A stretch of 47,501 nt of DNA from the NCBI GenBank assembly GCA_038750705.1, contig JBCDHA010000001.1:1-47501 (forward strand). The letters are read 5' to 3'. Positions within the stretch are counted from its first letter, which is position 1. Every line of letters begins with the position of its first letter. This DNA comes from Bacteroidota bacterium (GTDB taxonomy: Bacteria; Bacteroidota; Bacteroidia; Cytophagales; Cyclobacteriaceae). Positions 1 to 8,652 of this stretch are shown here, in pieces. Under the pieces are notes generated by a model. It saw only the letters and a program-made list of their open reading frames with translations. It was not told where the DNA came from and made no database searches. A program made the translations under genes and the position numbers.

Positions 1-63
1 AACAGTTGGAAAGATGAGGTTTTAGAAGCCGAAGGAGTAGGTTGTGCTAGTTGTTTTATCTGA
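1..63 (+). CDS. 3' end of a gene entering from the left; C-terminus NSWKDEVLEAEGVGCASCFI*, possibly a PAPS-reductase-family SspD-like protein
   Basis: Frame 1 is open from base 1 to TGA at 61-63 and ends in an acidic stretch plus CxxC. This resembles, from memory, C-termini of SspD-type PAPS reductases, and a cysteine desulfurase is nearby. Only 20 codons are visible. Confidence 0.45.
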   Translation, partial: NSWKDEVLEAEGVGCASCFI

Positions 64-1012
64 TCAAGTAAAGCCTTTCGGAATAATTAGGTCGATCTAT
101 TCCATACTTCCCATCTCCTAAACGTTCAATCCAGCGATAGAGAATCTGGATGTTCGAGGTAATTTCCCATTTTCTAGGTGTAGGTACATCGGAGCAATTA
201 TTTTGAATCCAAGCCTTTGCTTCACCGAAGTACAATTGTCCTTTCTCATCTAGTTGATCCAAGAAATCTATAATAAAAGGATGTTTGAAAAATGATATAC
301 TGAGTCGTTCAATAAAATCACTTTCGGATAGTCCAAATGTAATTCCATATAAGGCCAGATCGTGCAATGCACAGTTAAGTTCCACATCATCGGGATGCTC
401 TCGTTCCTTATAGATGGTTTGAAGTATGTCCAAATCATAGGTCATGGGAAGCGAAGAGATTAAGAAATTTTTATCTGGATATTCAATTCCGATTTTGAAC
501 TTGCTTGGTTTAGGAAACCTAGCCTTAGCTTCTGGTATTTGTTGTAAAATCTGTTGATAGATGTTGTCCGTAATCAATGAGCTTTCGTTTAGGATGATAT
601 TGAAATAAAGCCGGTCTTCGATAGACAAGTCATCAATAGTGGTAGCAAGCTCATAGTTGTGATTTGAGTTTTCAGGAAGGTTTATTCCCTTTGAAGTAAT
701 ATTTGCACTTCCCAAGAAACATCTCTGAAAATTTGAAATAAAAGCCTTCAAATGAAGACGGTGATTTCTATATAGTGTTATGCTGTTCGCTTTACAGAAA
801 TCAAAAATTTCGACATCTGAAACTCCAGACACGAAATCCATTGGATCCCATCTTACCACCAACACCTCCGGAGTAGGCACATCTTTATATAATTCTTCAA
901 GTGATCGAAGTTTTACATAAGGCACCAATACAGTTGAGTTTTCAGATTGACGTATAAAGTCCTTTAGTTCATGAGTAAGATTTAGGCCATTTTTAAGTAA
1001 CATTTTCGGCAA
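56..1012 (-). CDS. Phospholipase D-family (HKD-type) nuclease domain protein
   Basis: RLHLKAFISN...FLGSANIT is an HxK motif plus GSxN of PLD nucleases (N in place of the usual D). It overlaps the upstream ATPase by 20 nt. Confidence 0.75.
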   Translation of the reverse strand: MPKMLLKNGLNLTHELKDFIRQSENSTVLVPYVKLRSLEELYKDVPTPEVLVVRWDPMDFVSGVSDVEIFDFCKANSITLYRNHRLHLKAFISNFQRCFLGSANITSKGINLPENSNHNYELATTIDDLSIEDRLYFNIILNESSLITDNIYQQILQQIPEAKARFPKPSKFKIGIEYPDKNFLISSLPMTYDLDILQTIYKEREHPDDVELNCALHDLALYGITFGLSESDFIERLSISFFKHPFIIDFLDQLDEKGQLYFGEAKAWIQNNCSDVPTPRKWEITSNIQILYRWIERLGDGKYGIDRPNYSERLYLIR

Positions 1013-2912
1013 AGTCTTTTAAAAACTGCTCAAAATCACTTTCGGTTACTTCAATATTATTTTCTTCTAAATAATTATTAAGGTGAACACCAACGAAGGT
1101 TCTGAAATTTCTTAAATGCCTTGCTTTGTCATCTGAATCGAAATGTTCATTTTCCTCCCAAGCCAAACTGCTAATAAACAGCTCTATGGAGGTCAGTGCA
1201 GAGTCAAATCCCATCCTCCTAAATGGTGCGATTATTTTTTCATAGAATTGATGATTAGTATTTATAAAGATGGTAAGAAATCCCCGGATCTCAGTTTGAG
1301 ACCAAAGTTGATCACTGTCCAATGATGTGTATAGTATACAGCCACGAACTAGAGACTTATCAAATTTATCAATGGCCTTAGTAATATCATTTATGGATAA
1401 GTTTGGATACTTCTCGGACAAAGCATTATGCAGATCTTTCTTTTGTTCGGGATCAAACTGTCCCTCTCTTGGACTATCTGTTTTGATGTATGCCTGTGTA
1501 GTCTGAGCAGTTCCGGATGGAATAGGGCCTTCCCCTTCATCTTCATCTTGATTGATCCTATTCTCCCATTCCTTCGCTTGTTCTTTGAGAACTGACTGTG
1601 AGCCTTTTATAGCCTTTTTGATCTTATTTGTGAGTTGAAACCACAATTCGTCTCGGGCTTGCTGTAGACTTGCAGTATGCTCATTATATAACTCTTCTTC
1701 TGGAGATCGATCATCCATTTTAGTGAACTTGATACCTTGCTTCGTGTTCGATACGCCCATGAGTTCGTCAGCTTTAACATCAAAATCAATTTCAACAGTC
1801 CACCACCTATTGTTTTCTTGCTGTTGATTGTAAAACCCAAAGTGTCCGCAGGATATTTCTCTATTGTGGCGAGTGAAATAGATATTTCCCAAGTTCATTT
1901 TTTTTCCGTATTCTCTACCGACTTTAGTTCCCCCACCTTCTCTTATCCCAGGCTTCTGTATGTCTATTACAGCGTGTGAAGTAGTTATTGTAAAAGGATA
2001 TATCTCTCCTTGCCACCTAAAGTTATGTGTGTACGTGTGATCCTCGAGGCGTTGGTTAGTTGGCCTGCTTTCATTTTCAGCCAAACCCTCTACAAACTTG
2101 GCATAATAAGTAGCGGGATCATTGGTGGCTTCCTCTATTGAATTATCCCTTCTACTTTCCTCTCGCAAAATTTTTGTCAAATACGTATTTGGCTTTAGAA
2201 ACAGTGGGTCGTAGAGTACAACCTTTCTCGCGTCTTCAAGAACATGCGTTTGATCAGTAGAATTGTACTGAAAAGTTAACAGTTCAATTTTTTTCCCAAG
2301 GGAGAGATGATACCTAAACAATCTTCCAAGTATTGGTTCCGTTCGATTGAATAGTGTACTGGAATACCTCCTGTCTAACCGATCACATCTCTTCCACGAA
2401 ACGATTGTGCCCTTGTTTGCTTCAATGATAGCACCAACATTTTTGAAGTGCTTTGGCAGTTCTTCTTCAGAAGACTCAGGTAGTTCGGTCGATTCATTGT
2501 CAAGTAACTCTTGAATATCTAAATATTTTCTTCTCCAAGATAATTCTACTTGTTTTGAATAAACTTCCACTCTTTCACATTGACTTATCGAAGAATTAGG
2601 TAGTCCCATTCCGAATTTTCCGATCTTCTTACTTTCAATCAGTGCATCGATATTTCTGTTAGTACCATATGCGAATGTCAAACAGTTATTCAGCGTTTGA
2701 TCATTCATTCCATCCCCATCATCACAGAATAGAATTTCGTCAATATATCTTTTGTTATCAGCATCTCTCTTTTCGATACAAATCAGCTTAATGCTTTGGG
2801 CATTTGCATCGAATGAATTATCGATAAGTTCAGCAAATGCATAAGAAGTCCCCTGATAATCAGAAGATCTCATCATTTGAATAAATTCCGGTGTTATAAT
2901 ATTAGTCGGCAT
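993..2912 (-). CDS. GHKL (HATPase_c, MORC/MutL-like) ATPase
   Basis: ELIDNSFDA, DDGDGM, IGKFGMG and GTIV Bergerat-fold motifs. Confidence 0.85.
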   Translation of the reverse strand: MPTNIITPEFIQMMRSSDYQGTSYAFAELIDNSFDANAQSIKLICIEKRDADNKRYIDEILFCDDGDGMNDQTLNNCLTFAYGTNRNIDALIESKKIGKFGMGLPNSSISQCERVEVYSKQVELSWRRKYLDIQELLDNESTELPESSEEELPKHFKNVGAIIEANKGTIVSWKRCDRLDRRYSSTLFNRTEPILGRLFRYHLSLGKKIELLTFQYNSTDQTHVLEDARKVVLYDPLFLKPNTYLTKILREESRRDNSIEEATNDPATYYAKFVEGLAENESRPTNQRLEDHTYTHNFRWQGEIYPFTITTSHAVIDIQKPGIREGGGTKVGREYGKKMNLGNIYFTRHNREISCGHFGFYNQQQENNRWWTVEIDFDVKADELMGVSNTKQGIKFTKMDDRSPEEELYNEHTASLQQARDELWFQLTNKIKKAIKGSQSVLKEQAKEWENRINQDEDEGEGPIPSGTAQTTQAYIKTDSPREGQFDPEQKKDLHNALSEKYPNLSINDITKAIDKFDKSLVRGCILYTSLDSDQLWSQTEIRGFLTIFINTNHQFYEKIIAPFRRMGFDSALTSIELFISSLAWEENEHFDSDDKARHLRNFRTFVGVHLNNYLEENNIEVTESDFEQFLKDFAENVT

Positions 2913-2923
2913 ATCGCATGGAT

Positions 2924-4573
2924 TTATACTTTTTCCCAGTGCTCCTCATAGTAGTTATATAGGAATGAGGCACCTGGAAAATTTATTATATTGTCTTTTA
3001 AATTAATGATTGTATTCATGGTATTCCCTCCATTCTTAGGACCTCTCAGCGCACGTCCGATGATTTGACTGATGAGGTTAGGAGATGAAATTGGCCTAGC
3101 CAAAATGATCTTATTTATGTTGGGAAGGTCAATTCCTGTAGAAAGGATATCTAAGTTGAGCAGAACATAGAATTCATTTTTTTTAAAAGATTCCAATATC
3201 TGAATCCTGTCACTTTGATCAACTTCTCCAACGATAAATTTTGTGGGGATATCTCTATAACGACACATGATCATCAGTGCAAAAACATGATCCAGTGTGC
3301 ATGCAAAAACCAAAGTTGATTCTTGGTTATTGTGGGCTATCTCTATTTGTTCTAGTATTCTTTCATTTCGCTCAGAATCTGACGCTAATTCGTCAAGTAT
3401 CCGACCGGTATCGACCTCATGACTTGAGAATGATGTTTCCAATAGTTGAGTTTTTAACTGAGCTAAATACCCTCTCTCCTGCAAGTAATGAACTGAATCA
3501 CCGACTTCTTTCCAGTCTTCATCTCTCAAGGTGATTTTGTCATTGGAATATAGTTCTACGAGTTGCTGTGTGGTAGTATAGTCAGTGGTTCCCGGAGTAG
3601 CAGAGAGTCCAACAAGTTTGATGAAAGGGATATTGACAAACTTTTGAATGGTGGCAAAATAAGTTTCCGCTAAGGAGTGATGAGCCTCATCTACTATAAC
3701 CACTCCTGTATTTTCGATTAGAAACTTTACACTTGAGTAGATCCTATGCTCGGGATTTTTAAGAACGGCATGAAATTTATCAAATCCGCAAAAAACTACT
3801 CCACCACCCTCACTATTAAACTCTGGTTCAAACCCGGCAAATAATCGAAATCCATTTATTTCTCTATCTCCTCTCATTCTCCATAGCTTTTTGAAAGATT
3901 GAAAGGCTTGTTCGGCCAGCTCATTTCTATCTACCAACCAGACTATGAATTTATGAGGAACTGGAAGGCCATTTTCATTAATTGAACGTGGCATTCTTAA
4001 ATAATCTACAACACACTCTAATGCAGTGTAAGTCTTACCAGCACCAGTAGGCATCTGAACAAAAAACTTTCTCTCAACTTTTTGTAAAAACCTGGTCATG
4101 ATTTGATCCTTAACTTGTTTTTGATAAGGATGCAGAAAGGATAGAGCCTTTATTTCTTCTCCGTATTCAATGGATATATTCTCTTTTGTAGGTCTATCAT
4201 CGGAAATCTCCTTTAGTAGGTATTCGCTCGATAGCCCTAAGAACCGGACTAATTCTTGACTCTTTTTTATGTTATACCTATGAAAGTACTGTAAAGCCTT
4301 GTTGTAATTCTCAAAGCTCTTGTGGTCTGACAGATTGAGGTCTTTGCACAGTTGAGCAATTTGATCAGAGTCAAGTGAATCAATGATTGCCTTTCGTATT
4401 GCCACATTGTTTAATAGGCTGCTACCATATTTTGTAACGAGAACCTCAGCCAAGGCTTCCTCATCATCGGCTTTATTGACAGATTCTATTGCTTTTTTTA
4501 TAACTGGCCCAACCAGATCGATCAATGTCGGCAGATCAATTCTCTTTATGATATGTATTAGCTCTTTATCCAA
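2924..4573 (-). CDS. Superfamily 2 DEAD/DEAH helicase (type III restriction Res-like)
   Basis: LHPYQ, MPTGAGKT, DEAHH, GLSATPG, STGIDLP and QIIGRALR motifs. Confidence 0.9.
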   Translation of the reverse strand: MDKELIHIIKRIDLPTLIDLVGPVIKKAIESVNKADDEEALAEVLVTKYGSSLLNNVAIRKAIIDSLDSDQIAQLCKDLNLSDHKSFENYNKALQYFHRYNIKKSQELVRFLGLSSEYLLKEISDDRPTKENISIEYGEEIKALSFLHPYQKQVKDQIMTRFLQKVERKFFVQMPTGAGKTYTALECVVDYLRMPRSINENGLPVPHKFIVWLVDRNELAEQAFQSFKKLWRMRGDREINGFRLFAGFEPEFNSEGGGVVFCGFDKFHAVLKNPEHRIYSSVKFLIENTGVVIVDEAHHSLAETYFATIQKFVNIPFIKLVGLSATPGTTDYTTTQQLVELYSNDKITLRDEDWKEVGDSVHYLQERGYLAQLKTQLLETSFSSHEVDTGRILDELASDSERNERILEQIEIAHNNQESTLVFACTLDHVFALMIMCRYRDIPTKFIVGEVDQSDRIQILESFKKNEFYVLLNLDILSTGIDLPNINKIILARPISSPNLISQIIGRALRGPKNGGNTMNTIINLKDNIINFPGASFLYNYYEEHWEKV

Positions 4574-4585
4574 TTAGAAAGTGAT

Positions 4586-5701
4586 TTAAATACAATTAAT
4601 AAGTTCCTCGATCTGTTCCTTATCAACTGAATGTCCAAGACTAATTCGAATCGAGCTACTAGCTTCAATATCACTCAAACCCATAGCTTTTAAAACATGG
4701 GAAGGTTCAATTACCTCAGAATTACACGCAGACCCCATAGCCACTGAAATTTTCATTTTGTTTCGTAAAATGAATTCTTCAGCTTCCTGACCTAGAAGTT
4801 GAATGTTGGATATATTGGGGAGTCGGCTTTCTTTTGAGCCATTTATCTTGACTTTATTATTAGAGAGGAGACTTTCTTCCAGGTTATCCCTCAACTGCCT
4901 TAATCGTTGAGGCTCGCTTTTGTGACTTTCATTGGCTAGTTCTGCTGCTTTTCCAAGACCTACGATCCCCGGTACATTCAGTGTTCCGGATCTTATTTGG
5001 CTCTGATGGCCTCCTCCATGAATTTGACCGGAGGGTCTCAGCCCTTTTCGTATATAAAGTCCACCTATTCCTTTGGGGCCATACATCTTATGCCCGCTAA
5101 AGCAAAGCATGTCGATAGGCATGTTTGCAACATTGATATCAACTTTCCCCATAGCTTGAGTCGCATCAGAGAAGAAAAGGACATTGTGTTTCTTACATAT
5201 TTCACCTATCGTATTGACATCCTGAAGGACTCCCGTTTCATTGTTAGCGTACATCACACTTGCCATTACTGTCGACTCGGTAATACTATTTTCTAGTTCT
5301 TCTAAATCAATTAAACCATCGGAATCCACATCCAGATACGTGATGTTAGCCCCCAAGCCCTCCAGATATCCACAAGTGTCCAGTACAGCCTTATGTTCAG
5401 TTTTTACAGTTATAAAGTGTTTATTTTTTCCAGTGCTTGATTCAAAGATGCCTTTGATGACCAAGTTTATGGATTCAGTGGAGCCACTTGTAAAGTATAT
5501 TTCCTCGGGTTCGGCTGAGATCAACTCTGCTATTTGACGTTGAGCTCTTTTAACTGCTTTCTTTGCAGTGTCACCTTGTAAATGTGTGGAGCTTGAAGCA
5601 TTCCCATATATCTGCGAAAAATATGGCAACATTTCCTCCAAGACTTTGGAGTCCGTTGGGGTAGTAGCTGCATAGTCAAAGTATATGGGATTATTTGACA
5701 T
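4586..5701 (-). CDS. Cysteine desulfurase (IscS-like; DndA/SspA-type by context)
   Basis: YFDYAATTP, SGHKMYGPKG (PLP lysine) and MGSAC (catalytic Cys). First gene of an operon with helicase, ATPase and nuclease; no isc/suf genes adjacent. Confidence 0.92.
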   Translation of the reverse strand: MSNNPIYFDYAATTPTDSKVLEEMLPYFSQIYGNASSSTHLQGDTAKKAVKRAQRQIAELISAEPEEIYFTSGSTESINLVIKGIFESSTGKNKHFITVKTEHKAVLDTCGYLEGLGANITYLDVDSDGLIDLEELENSITESTVMASVMYANNETGVLQDVNTIGEICKKHNVLFFSDATQAMGKVDINVANMPIDMLCFSGHKMYGPKGIGGLYIRKGLRPSGQIHGGGHQSQIRSGTLNVPGIVGLGKAAELANESHKSEPQRLRQLRDNLEESLLSNNKVKINGSKESRLPNISNIQLLGQEAEEFILRNKMKISVAMGSACNSEVIEPSHVLKAMGLSDIEASSSIRISLGHSVDKEQIEELINCI

Positions 5702-5899
5702 TAGAATTTCAGTTCTTTGATGTTTACCTAAATAAAGTGAATAAATGACAATCTTTTTGTTTTTACAAGGGGTTATTTAACCGTTAAACATAAGATTGTG
5801 CGCAATCGTACTTTTCAAAAGTATAAATTTTCCTACCCTATCCCGAACCAACCCGAAACTCCATTTTCAACTCTTGTTATCCTTACCTAAAAAGGTAAG

Positions 5900-6064
5900 A
5901 TGATTTACAAGAAGAAACGCAAGTCGACCGCAGGCAAGCAGGCCAATACCAGTAGGGTGACTATGATCAGCCACAGGGCGAAGAAAATCCGAAAGAAAAA
6001 TGAAGCCTGGACTAAAGCTATCCAGCGGGCCACCAAAGAATTGAAGAAAGAGGGTAAGCTATAG
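5900..6064 (+). CDS. Small, very basic 54-aa protein (not in the supplied ORF track)
   Basis: ATG 5900 to TAG 6062-6064: MIYKKKRKSTAGKQANTSRVTMISHRAKKIRKKNEAWTKAIQRATKELKKEGKL. The stop overlaps the GTG of the next gene. Confidence 0.6.
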   Translation: MIYKKKRKSTAGKQANTSRVTMISHRAKKIRKKNEAWTKAIQRATKELKKEGKL

Positions 6065-6582
6065 TGGGCAGGAAGAAGTATAGGAATACTACCAAAGCCC
6101 ATCTGCTGATGGGAGAACTCTCAGGTTTTAGCAAACAGTTGAAACCTAATCTCGTACCTGAGATCAAAATTCAATACAACAAAGGACGAAGAGTCTTAGG
6201 CAATGTGAAGTCATCTGATGATGCCGCTGCTTTTATTCGGGCGCAATACAAACGTGGTACAATAGAGGCCCAAGAGACTTTCAATGTCATCTACCTGGAC
6301 AACAGGAACAGTATTCTTGGTTACTACCAGCATTCCAAAGGCAGTTTAACCAGTACACTTGTTGATACCCGGTTGATTTTTGCAGTAGCCCTGAAAAGCT
6401 TGTCTACAGGAATCATCCTTTCGCACAACCACCCTTCGGGAAAACTAAAACCCAGCCAGTCTGATATCAAGGTCACCAGAAATATCAAGTGGATAGGTGA
6501 TCTGCACAACATAGAAGTGCTCGACCATATTATTGTAACCAAGGATGGTCATTACTCATTTGCTGATGAGTTGATCCTATGA
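6064..6582 (+). CDS. radC: RadC-like JAB/MPN domain protein
   Basis: E(TF), HNHPSG..PSQSD and VLDHIIV motifs. An alternative start is ATG 6109. Confidence 0.9.
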   Translation: MGRKKYRNTTKAHLLMGELSGFSKQLKPNLVPEIKIQYNKGRRVLGNVKSSDDAAAFIRAQYKRGTIEAQETFNVIYLDNRNSILGYYQHSKGSLTSTLVDTRLIFAVALKSLSTGIILSHNHPSGKLKPSQSDIKVTRNIKWIGDLHNIEVLDHIIVTKDGHYSFADELIL

Positions 6583-8597
6583 GAGACTTGATTTTACTCG
6601 ACCTCTTCAGCGGGATTGGAGGTTTCCCAAAAGGACTTACGGAAGCTGGCTTTAATTTCCGAAAGCACTATTTCAGTGAAATCAATAAGTATGCTATCGC
6701 CAACTACCAATACAATTTTAAAAAATCCATACATGTCGGAGCAGTCGAAGAAGTTAAAGAAGGAAACATTGAAAGACCAGACCTTGTCACGTTCGGATCT
6801 CCATGCCAGGATCTATCCATTGCTGGAAAAAGGAAAGGTATCAAAGGAAAAAGGAGCCGACTCTTTTTTGAAGCAGTTAGAGTCATCGATGAACTCCAAC
6901 CCCGTCTGTTTGTCTTTGAAAACGTCAAGGGACTTTTCTCCAGTAACCAGGGTAAAGACTTTGAAATCGTATTGCGAGCGTTTGCCGACCTTGGGATTTA
7001 TGACCTCCAATGGCAACTGCTTAATACTTCCTGGTTTCTACCCCAAAACCGAGAGCGGATCTACCTTGTCGGATCTCTTAGAAACCAATCCCGACCCCAA
7101 GTATTTCCTATCGGAGAAAACTATCAGGCGGTTGAAAAAGGCCATAAAAGCATCACACAAGCCAACATTGCTCCAACAATAAACACTAAGGTTGGAGAAT
7201 CAGGTAACTACTCCCCTTACATCCTTACACTTAGAGGTAAGAAGTATGAAAAAGGCGAGAATCTTAGTGTAAGAAAGGATGGAGTGGCCAATTGCATTAC
7301 TAAGGCAGACGATCATAATTTTTTACTAGAAGAGTGGCATCCCTTACGCTCTGTCCGGACTGAAAAAGCGAAGGCCATTAGAAGGGCCAATCAGAAAAAG
7401 GGAATCGACTATGCCCCTTTCAGAGAAAGACAATTTGAAGTACGAGAGGATGGTATCACAGGTGCGCTGACGACCAATACAGAAAGAGAAAATTTGCTCA
7501 CTAATATGGAGACCATAAGAAGGTTTACGCCTCTCGAATGTGAACGGCTACAGGGTTTTCCTGACGGTTGGACAAGCCTAGGGATTTTTGAGGAAGAGGT
7601 AAAAGAAATCAGTGACAGCCAAAGGTATCAGCTCTTGGGTAATGCGGTCAGTGTACCAGTAGTTAAAGCAATCGGATTGAATCTAAAGAAAAGCTTAGAA
7701 ACGGAAGAGTTAGAACCACCACTGGAGGGCTTGGATTTTGTCAAAACCCCAATCACCTACTATGGCGGAAAGCAACGTCTTGCGAGTCTTGTGCTTTCGC
7801 TGATCCCGGATCACAAGCTATACTGCGAACCTTTCGTGGGAGGAGCAGCGGTCTTCTTTGCCAAAGAACCTTCCGAGATGGAAGTAATCAACGATTTGAA
7901 TGGCGAAGTAGTCAACTTCTACAGGGTCTGCCATTCTGATTTCAAAAAGTTGGAGAAATTGATTCAGTCTACCCCTCACAGCAGGCAAATTCATCGGGAA
8001 ACACAAGCGGTTTTGAAAGACACATCAAAACATGATCCGGTGAAGCGGGCCTGGGCGTTTTGGGTACAAACGAATATGAGCTTCTCAGCCAGAATCTTTG
8101 GTGGTTACGCCTATGAGAAAAAATCCAATGGTACACTAAAGCGATTTGTGAATAAGAAACTCGCATTTAACAAAGAAGTGTGCGAACGCTTGAGCATGGT
8201 TGATATTGAGAACAATGATGCCCTCCAAGTCATTAAAAGTCGGGATACTACCGATAGCTTTTTTTACTGTGATCCTCCATACTTCAATTCCAATATGGGG
8301 CATTACAAAGGCTATGTGGAAAAGGACTTTGAGCAGCTATTGAAAACGCTATCAAGCATCCAAGGCAAATTTCTATTAAGCAGCTATCCTTCAGAAATTT
8401 TAGAGAAGTACACCAAGAAGTACAAGTGGCATACATTGGAAAAAAGCACGGGTATATCCGTAACCCATCAAACGGATAAGGTTAAAACGGAGGTATTGAC
8501 TGCTAATTATCCATTGAACAATGGGTTGGACGGAATTGGCGAGCTACTCCAGCTAAAGGCAAAATCAATAAAGATCAAACTTGCACTCACTCATTAG
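6579..8597 (+). CDS. Fused DNA methyltransferase: N-terminal C5-cytosine MTase plus C-terminal D12/Dam-class N6-adenine MTase
   Basis: DLFSGIGG, GSPCQ, ENVKG, QNRERIY and LGNAV (C5 MTase), then TPITYYGGK, EPFVGG, IND and DPPY (Dam-like) in one reading frame. Confidence 0.9.
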   Translation: MRDLILLDLFSGIGGFPKGLTEAGFNFRKHYFSEINKYAIANYQYNFKKSIHVGAVEEVKEGNIERPDLVTFGSPCQDLSIAGKRKGIKGKRSRLFFEAVRVIDELQPRLFVFENVKGLFSSNQGKDFEIVLRAFADLGIYDLQWQLLNTSWFLPQNRERIYLVGSLRNQSRPQVFPIGENYQAVEKGHKSITQANIAPTINTKVGESGNYSPYILTLRGKKYEKGENLSVRKDGVANCITKADDHNFLLEEWHPLRSVRTEKAKAIRRANQKKGIDYAPFRERQFEVREDGITGALTTNTERENLLTNMETIRRFTPLECERLQGFPDGWTSLGIFEEEVKEISDSQRYQLLGNAVSVPVVKAIGLNLKKSLETEELEPPLEGLDFVKTPITYYGGKQRLASLVLSLIPDHKLYCEPFVGGAAVFFAKEPSEMEVINDLNGEVVNFYRVCHSDFKKLEKLIQSTPHSRQIHRETQAVLKDTSKHDPVKRAWAFWVQTNMSFSARIFGGYAYEKKSNGTLKRFVNKKLAFNKEVCERLSMVDIENNDALQVIKSRDTTDSFFYCDPPYFNSNMGHYKGYVEKDFEQLLKTLSSIQGKFLLSSYPSEILEKYTKKYKWHTLEKSTGISVTHQTDKVKTEVLTANYPLNNGLDGIGELLQLKAKSIKIKLALTH

Positions 8598-8652
8598 GAA
8601 CGAATGGGAAGAAAGCGGAAACCTCATTTATTAATGAGCCTATCATTACTCC

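Noticed and set aside
508-518. gtttaggaaac, identical to 11 bp at the att junction (40762-40772)
   Set aside because: It lies inside the intact PLD gene with no tRNA 3' half beside it; most likely chance
6616-7182. 188-aa alternative-frame ORF and the many other short overlapping or antisense ORFs in the track
   Set aside because: They are shadows of well-supported genes and have no recognisable motifs
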